A stretch of DNA of 64,000 nucleotides from sequence record ON506924. One strand, written 5' to 3'. The notes beneath the pieces were generated by a model. It saw nothing but the letters and a program-made list of their open reading frames with translations, made no database searches and was not told the origin of the DNA. Position 1 is the first letter of the stretch, and every line of letters begins with the position of its first letter. Of this stretch, positions 1-9,363 are shown piece by piece. The translations under genes were made by a program, and so were the position numbers. The DNA comes from Escherichia phage vB_EcoM_SCS4.

Positions 1-1345
1 CAATGCTACTAACATCGCTGCTGGTCAGACTTCTGGCGCAGTAACTCAGATTGGCCCAGCTGTTATGGGTATGGTACGTCGTGCTATTCCTAACCTGATT
101 GCTTTCGATATTTGCGGTGTTCAGCCGATGAACAGCCCGACTGGTCAGGTATTCGCACTGCGCGCAGTATATGGTAAAGACCCAATCGCTGCCGATGCTA
201 AAGAAGCATTCCACCCAATGTATGGTCCAGATGCAATGTTCTCTGGTCAGGGTGCTGCTAAGAAATTCCCAGCTCTGGCTGCTAGCACACAAACCGTTGT
301 AGGTGATATCTATACTCACTTCTTCCAGGAAACTGGTACTGTGTATCTGCAGGCTTCCGCTGTAGTAACAATCGATGCTAGTGCATCTGACGCAGCTAAA
401 TTAGATGCTGAAATTAAGAAACAAATGGAAGCTGGCGTACTGGTAGAAATCGCTGAAGGTATGGCTACTTCTATCGCTGAACTTCAGGAAGGTTTCAACG
501 GTTCTACCGATAACCCATGGAATGAAATGGGCTTCCGTATCGATAAACAAGTTATCGAAGCTAAATCTCGTCAGCTGAAAGCTGCTTACTCTATCGAATT
601 AGCACAAGACCTCCGCGCTGTTCACGGTATGGATGCTGATGCTGAACTGTCTGGTATTCTGGCTACCGAAATCATGCTGGAAATCAACCGTGAAGTTGTT
701 GATTGGATTAACTACTCAGCTCAGGTTGGTAAATCTGGTATGACCCTGACTCCAGGTTCTAAAGCTGGTGTATTTGACTTCCAGGACCCAATCGATATTC
801 GTGGTGCTCGTTGGGCAGGTGAATCCTTTAAAGCTCTGTTGTTCCAGATTGACAAAGAAGCAGTTGAAATTGCTCGCCAGACTGGTCGCGGCGAAGGTAA
901 CTTCATTATCGCTTCCCGTAACGTAGTTAACGTTCTGGCTTCAGTTGATACTGGCATTTCTTATGCTGCACAGGGTCTGGCTACCGGCTTCAACACTGAT
1001 ACTACCAAGTCAGTATTTGCTGGTGTTCTGGGTGGTAAATACCGCGTATATATCGACCAGTATGCTAAACAGGATTATTTCACTGTAGGTTATAAAGGTC
1101 CGAACGAAATGGATGCTGGTATTTACTATGCTCCATATGTAGCTCTGACTCCGCTGCGTGGTTCCGATCCGAAGAACTTCCAACCGGTAATGGGATTCAA
1201 AACTCGTTACGGTATCGGTATCAACCCATTTGCAGAATCCGCTGCTCAGGCTCCGGCTTCTCGCATCCAGAGCGGTATGCCTTCTATTCTGAATAGCCTT
1301 GGTAAAAACGCTTACTTTAGACGTGTATATGTTAAAGGTATCTAA
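1..1345 (+). CDS. 23: Major capsid protein gp23, 5'-truncated by the window edge (C-terminal ~448 codons present)
   Basis: Frame continues in-frame from position 2 (NATNIAAGQTSGAVTQIGPAVMGMVRR...); translation matches T4 gp23; followed by gp24 as in T4. Confidence 0.95.
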   Translation, partial: NATNIAAGQTSGAVTQIGPAVMGMVRRAIPNLIAFDICGVQPMNSPTGQVFALRAVYGKDPIAADAKEAFHPMYGPDAMFSGQGAAKKFPALAASTQTVVGDIYTHFFQETGTVYLQASAVVTIDASASDAAKLDAEIKKQMEAGVLVEIAEGMATSIAELQEGFNGSTDNPWNEMGFRIDKQVIEAKSRQLKAAYSIELAQDLRAVHGMDADAELSGILATEIMLEINREVVDWINYSAQVGKSGMTLTPGSKAGVFDFQDPIDIRGARWAGESFKALLFQIDKEAVEIARQTGRGEGNFIIASRNVVNVLASVDTGISYAAQGLATGFNTDTTKSVFAGVLGGKYRVYIDQYAKQDYFTVGYKGPNEMDAGIYYAPYVALTPLRGSDPKNFQPVMGFKTRYGIGINPFAESAAQAPASRIQSGMPSILNSLGKNAYFRRVYVKGI

Positions 1346-1371
1346 TCTCTAACGATAGAAACACAATTTTA

Positions 1372-1395
1372 GGGAGCCTTCGGGCTCCCTTTTTC
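1372..1395 (+). terminator. Rho-independent terminator after gene 23
   Basis: Stem-loop gggagcc-ttcg-ggctccc followed by TTTTT immediately after the gp23 stop. Confidence 0.6.
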
Positions 1396-2057
1396 TATTT
1401 TATACGATAGCAATCAGGCATATCATCCGCATTTATCCAATTGCGAATAGTTTTAGGACTAACTTTAAAATGCTCCGCTGCGTAATCAGGATTATCAAAT
1501 TTAACGCCCTTTATACATATTGGAATAAATTTTTTAATACCACCAAGTTTTTCAGAAATAGCTTTACGATGTGAAATCGATATAGGTTTATTTTTTCGTG
1601 GATGAACATGTGTTTTATAATATTCATTGCGCCCTTTAACTCGCTTCGCAATAGTTTCATCAGATTGCTTAACGCCTGTTTTTGCCTTTGATATTTTTCG
1701 TTTAGCTTCCACAGTCATTCCTTCTTTTGTTCGTATTGATAACATATTACGATATGAAGGATCTTGCAAATGAACTATAACTGGATTTCCTCTGCCACCA
1801 ATAGCAGCATTATAGGTATCAGTTCTCATAACGAATTCCTCATTGACTAGTAAAGCTTCCATTTTATACATCTCCTCAGATGAGGAGAAAGAATAAAGAA
1901 TTTCTTTTTTAAAGTTATGAATACCATATTTTTTGATGGATTTTTTGATGTTTACGCCAGAACCCATATAACCATCGTTTTCGTCAAGAGTAGCATGAGC
2001 TCCGATGTAAATTTTTCCATTGATGATATTAGTAATTTGATATATTAAATATTTCAT
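1395..2057 (-). CDS. segD: GIY-YIG homing endonuclease SegD-like, free-standing between genes 23 and 24
   Basis: ORF 1395..2096; N-terminal KYLIYQITNIINGKIYIGAH...GYMGSG is a GIY-YIG motif; position matches T4 segD; start placed at the internal ATG (2057) that has a GGAG 11 nt upstream, longest ORF extends to 2096. Confidence 0.8.
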   Translation of the reverse strand: MKYLIYQITNIINGKIYIGAHATLDENDGYMGSGVNIKKSIKKYGIHNFKKEILYSFSSSEEMYKMEALLVNEEFVMRTDTYNAAIGGRGNPVIVHLQDPSYRNMLSIRTKEGMTVEAKRKISKAKTGVKQSDETIAKRVKGRNEYYKTHVHPRKNKPISISHRKAISEKLGGIKKFIPICIKGVKFDNPDYAAEHFKVSPKTIRNWINADDMPDCYRIK

Positions 2058-2121
2058 TTTAAACATCGCTCCGTTTGTATATGAATATAATATCATATTA
2101 CTTTGGTCTTGTAAATAACTT

Positions 2122-2129
2122 TATAAATA
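2122..2129 (+). promoter_or_regulatory. T4-type late promoter (TATAAATA) for gene 24
   Basis: Exact TATAAATA 28 nt upstream of the gp24 ATG. Confidence 0.6.
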
Positions 2130-2156
2130 GTATTATATTTCAACAAGGAAAATACA

Positions 2157-3440
2157 ATGGCTAAAATCAACGAACTTCTGCGCGAATCAACAACAACGAA
2201 TAGCAACTCAATCGGTCGCCCAAATCTCGTTGCTTTGACTCGCGCTACCACTAAATTAATATATTCTGACATTGTAGCAACGCAAAGAACTAATCAACCT
2301 GTTGCTGCTTTTTATGGTATCAAATACCTTAACCCAGACAATGAATTTACATTTAAAACTGGTGCTACTTACGCTGGCGAAGCTGGATATGTAGACCGAG
2401 AACAAATCACAGAATTAACAGAAGAGTCTAAATTAACTCTCAATAAAGGCGATTTATTCAAATATAATAATATCGTTTATAAAGTATTAGAAGATACTCC
2501 ATTTGCTGATATTGAAGAAAGCGATTTAGAATTAGCTCTTCAGATTGCAATTGTTCTTTTAAAGGTTCGTCTATTTTCTGACGCAGCGTCAACAAGCAAA
2601 TTTGAAAGCTCTGATAGCGAAATTGCGGATGCTAGATTCCAGATTAATAAATGGCAAACCGCAGTTAAATCTCGTAAACTTAAAACTGGTATCACAGTTG
2701 AATTAGCACAAGATTTAGAAGCAAATGGATTCGATGCTCCTAATTTCTTGGAAGATTTGCTTGCAACTGAAATGGCGGATGAAATTAATAAAGATATTCT
2801 GCAGTCTTTGATTACAGTATCAAAACGCTATAAAGTTACAGGAATTACTGATAGTGGATTCATCGATTTGAGTTATGCATCTGCTCCTGAAGCTGGTCGT
2901 TCATTATACCGAATGGTATGTGAAATGGTTTCGCATATCCAAAAAGAATCAACTTATACAGCAACGTTCTGTGTTGCTTCAGCTCGTGCTGCTGCGATTC
3001 TTGCTGCATCAGGTTGGTTAAAACATAAACCAGAAGATGATAAATATCTTTCACAAAATGCCTACGGGTTCTTAGCTAATGGTTTACCGCTTTATTGCGA
3101 TACTAACAGCCCATTAGATTATGTAATCGTTGGCGTAGTAGAAAATATCGGTGAAAAAGAAATTGTTGGTTCAATTTTCTATGCTCCGTATACAGAAGGT
3201 CTTGACTTAGATGACCCTGAACATGTGGGTGCATTTAAAGTTGTTGTTGATCCAGAAAGCTTACAACCGTCTATCGGTTTATTAGTTAGATATGCTTTAT
3301 CAGCAAATCCTTATACTGTAGCAAAAGATGAAAAAGAAGCAAGAATAATTGACGGTGGAGACATGGATAAAATGGCAGGTCGTTCAGATTTGTCTGTTTT
3401 ATTAGGTGTTAAATTACCAAAAATTATTATTGATGAATAA
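2157..3440 (+). CDS. 24: Head vertex protein gp24
   Basis: 427-aa ORF, paralogous to the gp23 fold (ELAQDL motif shared with gp23), downstream of 23 as in T4. Confidence 0.93.
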   Translation: MAKINELLRESTTTNSNSIGRPNLVALTRATTKLIYSDIVATQRTNQPVAAFYGIKYLNPDNEFTFKTGATYAGEAGYVDREQITELTEESKLTLNKGDLFKYNNIVYKVLEDTPFADIEESDLELALQIAIVLLKVRLFSDAASTSKFESSDSEIADARFQINKWQTAVKSRKLKTGITVELAQDLEANGFDAPNFLEDLLATEMADEINKDILQSLITVSKRYKVTGITDSGFIDLSYASAPEAGRSLYRMVCEMVSHIQKESTYTATFCVASARAAAILAASGWLKHKPEDDKYLSQNAYGFLANGLPLYCDTNSPLDYVIVGVVENIGEKEIVGSIFYAPYTEGLDLDDPEHVGAFKVVVDPESLQPSIGLLVRYALSANPYTVAKDEKEARIIDGGDMDKMAGRSDLSVLLGVKLPKIIIDE

Positions 3441-3446
3441 AGCAAA

Positions 3447-3468
3447 GGGACCTTTCGGTCCCTTTTTA
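3447..3468 (+). terminator. Rho-independent terminator after gene 24
   Basis: gggacc-tttc-ggtccc stem-loop followed by TTTTT. Confidence 0.55.
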
Positions 3469-3469
3469 T

Positions 3470-4474
3470 TTAACTTACCAATTCAATCCAAGCCGGACGA
3501 AGTACATCTTGTACCATTTTAACTAATTCCTTCTTAATCAAAGAAGGATTATCCGCTTGAGTTAGAATAATACCTTCACGAGAAGTTTCTTCCAAAATAT
3601 CTTGAACAGTTAGTCCCATCACCTTTCCAAAATCTTTAGGACCAATTTCGCCAATTTTAGAAATAACGTTATTTACCCGGTTCAGTGTAACGTAACAAGC
3701 TAAAATCCCCACCAATTTGTTATCAGCTTCTGACAGTTCAACTTTAGCTTTAATAGGCTTATCAGACTTTTTCTTTTCACTAAATTTAGAGTTCTTGCAT
3801 TTAATCGCCACACGATTGCGATTAGGCAGCCAAGAAGGATAACAAGGTTTCAATACATATCCTTCAGCAGTAAATACTTCGCCTTTTGCTTCGGCATTCC
3901 AAATGCATTTATTTGCATCAACTAATCCGGCATGGTCTACTGTAAAATTATAATCTTGGACGACAGAATCTAAATCATTTGGCAATTTAATAAGCTCTTC
4001 AAATTTACCGCGACCTAAAAGTGGAGCCATTTTAAATTTAAACGTATTACAGAATGATTCCATCATATAATCATCGACATAAGTCACATCACCACTTTCT
4101 GTAGTAACAATAATGTCAAATACATAAAAATCTTTATCACCATAATCGACATTCTTCTGAATGCCAGGTCCAGCAAATTCGCCAAAGACTTGATAAGATA
4201 CAACTGCCGAAGTTTCCATAATATCTTGTACTGCTTTAATGGAATCAGCGTAATTCTTTAGAATAATTTCATACCCAAAGAAATCTTCAGCAGGAAGAAT
4301 AGGACCAGTACGTTTAGCGCAAGTCACTTTATCGCGTTCAATAATCAGTGAGAAATTTGTGCCATGAATCTTTTCACGAGCTACCCATTCGCCGCCAGTC
4401 AATCCTAAGCTGTAAAGTTTTTCAATGAATTTAGAATTGTAATGATTTTCAAGACTGCTATACTTTTTAAACAT
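3470..4474 (-). CDS. rnlB: RNA ligase 2 (RnlB)
   Basis: 334-aa ORF with nucleotidyltransferase KxHGxN motif (EKIHGTNFS); T4 rnlB position and length. Confidence 0.9.
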   Translation of the reverse strand: MFKKYSSLENHYNSKFIEKLYSLGLTGGEWVAREKIHGTNFSLIIERDKVTCAKRTGPILPAEDFFGYEIILKNYADSIKAVQDIMETSAVVSYQVFGEFAGPGIQKNVDYGDKDFYVFDIIVTTESGDVTYVDDYMMESFCNTFKFKMAPLLGRGKFEELIKLPNDLDSVVQDYNFTVDHAGLVDANKCIWNAEAKGEVFTAEGYVLKPCYPSWLPNRNRVAIKCKNSKFSEKKKSDKPIKAKVELSEADNKLVGILACYVTLNRVNNVISKIGEIGPKDFGKVMGLTVQDILEETSREGIILTQADNPSLIKKELVKMVQDVLRPAWIELVS

Positions 4475-4483
4475 AATTAATCC

Positions 4484-4762
4484 TCAAAATGTAATTTCTA
4501 ACCAATCACCATCACGCTGATCGCTATTGACTTTAAAGCTAAATCCTTCTTTTCTCAGCCAATCACCAATTTCTTCAGTAATCAATTTATCGCGAGCAGT
4601 ACAATAATAATTAAAATGTGTTTTACCTTGTTCAGCTGCTTTATTAGCAAGTTCCGAAAAATCTTTAATAAAGCACTCTAGTTTAAACTGTTTACTTTTG
4701 AATGCTTTTTCGCGTAATTGATTAGCAAAAGATTCATTTTCATAAAGATCATACTGTTCCAT
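4484..4762 (-). CDS. Hypothetical protein (T4 24.2 position)
   Basis: 92-aa ORF, compact operon spacing downstream of rnlB. Confidence 0.6.
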   Translation of the reverse strand: MEQYDLYENESFANQLREKAFKSKQFKLECFIKDFSELANKAAEQGKTHFNYYCTARDKLITEEIGDWLRKEGFSFKVNSDQRDGDWLEITF

Positions 4763-4964
4763 TTTTCACCTTTTTATTGATATGTCTTTTTCTATAGACA
4801 ACTTTTTCTCGAGTTTCAAATTTATTCTTAGCAGTCATAGCTCGAGCCCATAATACAGCCACTTCTTTCGCCTGTAAGTTTAATTCACGAGCAATTTCAA
4901 TGAATGACTTTCCAGACTCATGAAGAGTAAACACCACAACCTCAGTTCTCATAATCAATCTCAT
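4749..4964 (-). CDS. Hypothetical protein (T4 24.3 position)
   Basis: 71-aa ORF overlapping the start of the downstream ORF. Confidence 0.55.
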   Translation of the reverse strand: MRLIMRTEVVVFTLHESGKSFIEIARELNLQAKEVAVLWARAMTAKNKFETREKVVYRKRHINKKVKNGTV

Positions 4965-5033
4965 GTTATCGAGTTGGTGCCATTATATACATCATTTTCT
5001 GAGTGTGTTTTGTGTGCTTTTAAAATGAAGAAA

Positions 5034-5047
5034 GGGGCCGAAGCCCC
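5034..5047 (-). terminator. GC hairpin ggggccgaagcccc downstream of hoc
   Basis: Perfect 5-bp GC stem with GAA-containing loop, T-rich on the - strand after the stem; identical hairpin recurs at 23992-24005. Confidence 0.45.
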
Positions 5048-5053
5048 TTATGA

Positions 5054-5251
5054 TTATGGATAGGTATAGATGATACCAGTTTCTAAAGCAGTTTTATGAA
5101 TGATATATCCATTACGTGATTCTTGGACATCAACTTCTGGATAGTCTTTCATCATCTTCTGAAGAGTGTAACGATGCAGGTAGTATTTACTATCTGGATC
5201 TTCAGTTTTCCAATCTTTACCTTCTTCAGTCATTTTTTGGATTTCATCCAT
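5054..5251 (-). CDS. hoc: Hoc C-terminal segment (capsid-binding region), in frame with and downstream of an internal TAG stop
   Basis: 65-aa ORF in the same frame as the 305-codon Hoc N-terminal ORF; 305+1+5+65 = 376 codons, the length of T4 Hoc. Confidence 0.6.
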   Translation of the reverse strand: MDEIQKMTEEGKDWKTEDPDSKYYLHRYTLQKMMKDYPEVDVQESRNGYIIHKTALETGIIYTYP

Positions 5252-5266
5252 AACCCACCAACCGCA

Positions 5267-6184
5267 CTAGATGTAAGCTGAGCTACGGTGTGGAAGAGGA
5301 TGAACATAAGGTAATTCACCTTCTGGTTCTGGAGCAACTTTATCAGTTACCTGAACTTGACCTGTGGCTTTAACTGTTTTACTATCATAGTCAGTTGCTG
5401 TAACGACAGCAGTAACTTCAATAGTTTGACTTCCAATAGATGAGGTATCAACAGTATATACGTTAGTTGACCCTTCCACAGGAGAAGAATCTTTCTTCCA
5501 TGAGTAAGTAATTTGTGCTGCTTCAGGTGCGCCAGTAACATTAGCAGTAAATGTAGCCGAAGTATCTTGCTGAACATTAATAGAAGGAGGAGTCAATGTA
5601 ACCTGTGGATTCATTGTCTTCTTATTAACTGTCAATGATACTTCATTGGAAGTAACTTCTTTTGCATCATAATCTGTCGCGGTTACTTGAGCCACACACT
5701 TAATTGTTTTAACTCCGCTTGTGGTAGGAGTGTAATTGAATGTAGCAGAAGTTGCTTCGCCCACAGGAGAACCGTCAACGTACCATTGATACGTAGCAGA
5801 TGCACCTGGTGGCTGCGAAGCTAAGGCAGCGGTAAATTCAATAGCTGTTCCAATTACTCCAGCGTCAGGGCTATTAGGAGTTACAGCTAGGGTAGTCGTT
5901 TGTGTCTTATTTTGAACTGTGATAGTTGTAGAAGCTTCTGCTGTTTCAGCTTCAGCTTCTGGAACTGGGTTTGTTGCAACTACTTTAATAGTCTTTTGAC
6001 CGGCAGGTCCTTTTAGTACATAGCTAAAAGTTGCTGACGTTTCTTCCTGCGGAGCGTCGTCTACAGTCCAAGCATATGTAATAGGTCCATCTCCAGTTTG
6101 ACCACTGGGTGTAGCAGTAAACTGCTGAGTCTGATCTATAACTCCAGTAGGTGTTTTAGGAGTTATATCAACGGTAAAAGCCAT
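5267..6184 (-). CDS. hoc: Highly immunogenic outer capsid protein Hoc, N-terminal 305 codons with tandem Ig-like domains, ending at an in-frame amber codon
   Basis: Three repeated Ig-like segments (ITYAWTVDD..., ATYQWYVDG..., ITYSWKKDS...); stop at 5267-5269 is TAG and the frame continues into ORF 5054..5251. Confidence 0.85.
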   Translation of the reverse strand: MAFTVDITPKTPTGVIDQTQQFTATPSGQTGDGPITYAWTVDDAPQEETSATFSYVLKGPAGQKTIKVVATNPVPEAEAETAEASTTITVQNKTQTTTLAVTPNSPDAGVIGTAIEFTAALASQPPGASATYQWYVDGSPVGEATSATFNYTPTTSGVKTIKCVAQVTATDYDAKEVTSNEVSLTVNKKTMNPQVTLTPPSINVQQDTSATFTANVTGAPEAAQITYSWKKDSSPVEGSTNVYTVDTSSIGSQTIEVTAVVTATDYDSKTVKATGQVQVTDKVAPEPEGELPYVHPLPHRSSAYI

Positions 6185-6193
6185 AAGTTATCC

Positions 6194-6874
6194 TTATTTT
6201 AATGTTATGAAAGAAGAATTGCGTGTTTCACGAATTAGAACTGATCCGTCACGATTAATGTAGTAAATTAAGCTAAATAAAGTTTGGTGTGCCGACGCGT
6301 GTTCAAAACTAGTTGGGTGAGATTTCCAATCCGGAGTTTCAGCAATCCACTGGTAAATCCACCAAGGAACAGTGCAGAATCCTGGATTTTTTCCAATCAG
6401 CTGAAGATTCGGACTAAAGTTTTCCGGAAGAGTAAATACAGACGGCTTTTCAGATTCAATAATCTCAGCTACAGCCTGTTCGAATTTTTCTTCAACAAAA
6501 GGAGTATCTTCAATCAAAACATCGGTATTTTCAGGAATTTTATCCGTTTCTATGACTTCAATTTTAATGTCAGATTTAACCGGAGAATCAATCAGAAGTG
6601 CTGCTTCTGGATTGACTTCTTCATCGTCATATTTTAATCCCTCTGCAGCATCTGCAGCATCGATTAAGTCTTTAATAGATAACCCATCAGTCTCTGGCAT
6701 AGGTTCACTAGCGAGCTTCTGGAGGGCTTCTTCAATATCAATAACGATATTATCAAAAGATTTATTCTTTTTGACCTTTATACCAAACTGTTCAGCATAT
6801 TCAGCTAATTTAGCTTTAGCTTCTTTATTATCATCAAGAGCCTTCAACTCTGCAATATAATCTTTATCTATCAT
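6194..6874 (-). CDS. inh: Inh, inhibitor of prohead protease
   Basis: 226-aa acidic ORF between hoc and segE as in T4. Confidence 0.8.
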   Translation of the reverse strand: MIDKDYIAELKALDDNKEAKAKLAEYAEQFGIKVKKNKSFDNIVIDIEEALQKLASEPMPETDGLSIKDLIDAADAAEGLKYDDEEVNPEAALLIDSPVKSDIKIEVIETDKIPENTDVLIEDTPFVEEKFEQAVAEIIESEKPSVFTLPENFSPNLQLIGKNPGFCTVPWWIYQWIAETPDWKSHPTSFEHASAHQTLFSLIYYINRDGSVLIRETRNSSFITLK

Positions 6875-6887
6875 AATATTTCCTCAG

Positions 6888-6895
6888 TATAAATA
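6888..6895 (+). promoter_or_regulatory. TATAAATA late-promoter motif upstream of segE
   Basis: Exact TATAAATA 29 nt upstream of the segE ATG. Confidence 0.4.
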
Positions 6896-6923
6896 TAGAT
6901 ATATTTATTACTCGGAAAATAGT

Positions 6924-7541
6924 ATGTACCACTTTGTATATGAAACAACAAATCTAATAAATGGTAAAAAGTATATAGGAAAACACTCTACTGATGACTT
7001 GAATGATGGTTACCTTGGTTCCGGTAAGGCAATTCAGCAGGCTATAAAGAAGTATGGTGAAAACAATTTCTCTAGAACAATACTAAAAGAGTTTAAAACT
7101 TCCGAAGAAGCGTACATGTATGAAGAAGAAATTATAACTCCTGAAATAATAAAAAGCAAAAATTATTATAATATGAAACCTGGTGGAATTGGTGGAATTG
7201 TTATGACTACAGAGGTTATAGCAAAGATGAAAGAATCTTCCGCTAAGAGATTTGAAAACTCACCGGGCACGGTATTAGGTACAACTTGTTACACTAATGG
7301 AACTAAAAATATTTTTATTAAACCTGGAGAACTTGTTCCAGAAGGATTTGTAAAAGGGATGGTTCATCCTAATAGAAAGTCCAGAAAAGGATGTAAAGTC
7401 AAACCGACTACCACAGGAACTTTTTGGGTCAATAATGGCGCAATAAATAAATTAATACAACCAGACGGTATTATTCCCGACGGATTTATTAAAGGTCGTC
7501 TCATGAAAAGAGATTCTAAAGGCAAATTTAGTAAGGCATAA
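6924..7541 (+). CDS. segE: GIY-YIG homing endonuclease SegE-like
   Basis: 205-aa ORF, N-terminal YHFVYETTNLINGKKYIGKH...GYLGSG GIY-YIG motif; T4 segE position upstream of uvsW. Confidence 0.85.
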   Translation: MYHFVYETTNLINGKKYIGKHSTDDLNDGYLGSGKAIQQAIKKYGENNFSRTILKEFKTSEEAYMYEEEIITPEIIKSKNYYNMKPGGIGGIVMTTEVIAKMKESSAKRFENSPGTVLGTTCYTNGTKNIFIKPGELVPEGFVKGMVHPNRKSRKGCKVKPTTTGTFWVNNGAINKLIQPDGIIPDGFIKGRLMKRDSKGKFSKA

Positions 7542-7543
7542 TT

Positions 7544-9052
7544 ATGGACATTAAAGTACATTTTTATGATTTTAGTCACGTGAGAATTGATTGTGAAGAA
7601 AGTACATTTCATGAACTCCGAGATTTCTTTAGCTTTGAAGCTGATGGATATCGTTTTAATCCGAAGTACAGATATGGCCACTGGGATGGACGAATCCGTC
7701 TGTTAGATTATAATCGTCTTCTTCCATTCGGCTTAGTCGGGCAAATTAAAAAATTCTGTGATAACTTTGGCTATAAAGCCTGGATTGACCCGCAAATTAA
7801 CGAAAAAGAAGAATTATCAAGAAAAGATTTTGATGAATGGCTTTCTAAATTAGAAATCTATTCAGGAAATAAAAGAATTGAACCACACTGGTATCAAAAA
7901 GATGCAGTGTTCGAAGGATTAGTTAATCGTCGTAGAATTCTTAATCTTCCAACATCCGCTGGTAAATCATTAATTCAAGCTTTGCTTGCGCGATATTATT
8001 TGGAAAATTATGAAGGTAAAATTCTTATCATTGTTCCAACAACTGCCTTAACAACTCAGATGGCTGATGACTTCGTCGACTATCGTCTATTCAGTCATGC
8101 AATGATAAAGAAAATTGGTGGCGGAGCATCAAAAGATGATAAATATAAAAATGATGCACCAGTCGTTGTTGGTACATGGCAAACTGTAGTAAAACAACCG
8201 AAAGAATGGTTCTCACAATTTGGAATGATGATGAATGATGAATGCCATCTTGCTACAGGAAAAAGTATTTCATCTATCATATCAGGTTTAAATAACTGCA
8301 TGTTCAAATTCGGTTTGTCTGGTTCATTACGTGATGGCAAAGCCAATATCATGCAGTATGTTGGAATGTTTGGCGAAATATTTAAGCCAGTAACGACTTC
8401 TAAGTTAATGGAAGATGGACAAGTAACTGAGCTAAAAATTAATAGTATTTTTCTTCGCTATCCCGATGAGTTCACTACTAAATTAAAGGGAAAAACTTAC
8501 CAAGAAGAAATAAAAATTATTACTGGGCTCAGTAAAAGAAATAAATGGATCGCTAAATTAGCTATTAAGCTTGCGCAAAAAGATGAAAACGCTTTTGTCA
8601 TGTTTAAACATGTATCGCATGGTAAAGCTATTTTCGATTTAATTAAAAATGAATACGATAAAGTTTATTACGTATCAGGGGAAGTTGATACCGAAACACG
8701 CAATATAATGAAAACCTTAGCTGAAAATGGTAAAGGAATAATTATAGTAGCGAGTTATGGCGTATTTTCTACTGGTATTTCAGTTAAAAATCTGCATCAC
8801 GTTGTTTTAGCGCACGGTGTTAAATCAAAAATCATTGTATTACAAACAATCGGTCGTGTATTACGTAAGCATGGTTCTAAGACAATAGCAACAGTCTGGG
8901 ACCTCATAGATGATTGTGGTGTTAAGCCAAAATCTGCTAATACTAAAAAGAAATATGTTCATTTGAACTATCTTTTAAAACACGGCATTGATCGTATTCA
9001 GCGCTACGCAGATGAAAAATTTAATTACGTAATGAAAACAGTTAATTTATAA
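7544..9052 (+). CDS. uvsW: UvsW RNA-DNA and DNA-DNA helicase (SF2)
   Basis: 502-aa ORF with Walker A (PTSAGKS) and DExH-like (MMNDECH) motifs. Confidence 0.92.
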   Translation: MDIKVHFYDFSHVRIDCEESTFHELRDFFSFEADGYRFNPKYRYGHWDGRIRLLDYNRLLPFGLVGQIKKFCDNFGYKAWIDPQINEKEELSRKDFDEWLSKLEIYSGNKRIEPHWYQKDAVFEGLVNRRRILNLPTSAGKSLIQALLARYYLENYEGKILIIVPTTALTTQMADDFVDYRLFSHAMIKKIGGGASKDDKYKNDAPVVVGTWQTVVKQPKEWFSQFGMMMNDECHLATGKSISSIISGLNNCMFKFGLSGSLRDGKANIMQYVGMFGEIFKPVTTSKLMEDGQVTELKINSIFLRYPDEFTTKLKGKTYQEEIKIITGLSKRNKWIAKLAIKLAQKDENAFVMFKHVSHGKAIFDLIKNEYDKVYYVSGEVDTETRNIMKTLAENGKGIIIVASYGVFSTGISVKNLHHVVLAHGVKSKIIVLQTIGRVLRKHGSKTIATVWDLIDDCGVKPKSANTKKKYVHLNYLLKHGIDRIQRYADEKFNYVMKTVNL

Positions 9053-9077
9053 GGGCTTCNGCCCNTTNGANAAAAAG

Positions 9078-9308
9078 ATGTTACTAGAATTTAAACAATT
9101 TCTTTATGAAGCTTCTATTGATGAATTTATGGGTAAAATTGCCTCTTGTCAAACATTAGAAGGTTTAGAAGAACTTGAAGCTTATTATAAGAAAAGAGTC
9201 AAAGAAACTGAATTAAAAGATACTGATGACATCTCTGTGAGAGATGCTTTGGCAGGAAAAAGAGCTGAATTAGAAAATTCAGACGATGAAGTAGAAGAAA
9301 GCTTTTAA
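9078..9308 (+). CDS. uvsW.1: UvsW.1 small acidic protein
   Basis: 76-aa ORF immediately after uvsW, separated by a stop and a hairpin containing ambiguous bases. Confidence 0.75.
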   Translation: MLLEFKQFLYEASIDEFMGKIASCQTLEGLEELEAYYKKRVKETELKDTDDISVRDALAGKRAELENSDDEVEESF

Positions 9309-9363
9309 ATTAAAAAAGGCCCAACCAAAAAGGAAGGGCCAAAACTATAGACTAAAGGTCACA

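Noticed and set aside
721-957. Antisense ORFs inside well-supported genes (for example 721..957, 2860..3054, 5347..5577, 6284..6637, 6552..6860, 7364..7681, 8095..8352, 19517..19771, 29491..29894, 46405..46647, 50137..50538, 53942..54674)
   Set aside because: They lie wholly within and opposite to long ORFs with clear homology, and their composition is typical of frame-shadow ORFs in AT-rich phage DNA
5054-6184. Interpretation of the two hoc pieces as two independent genes
   Set aside because: Both pieces are in the same frame, separated only by a single TAG, and together equal the length of full-length Hoc
7544-9308. Possibility that uvsW and uvsW.1 form one ~587-aa helicase
   Set aside because: A TAA stop and a hairpin separate them in the sequence as given; kept as two ORFs, with the junction flagged because it contains Ns
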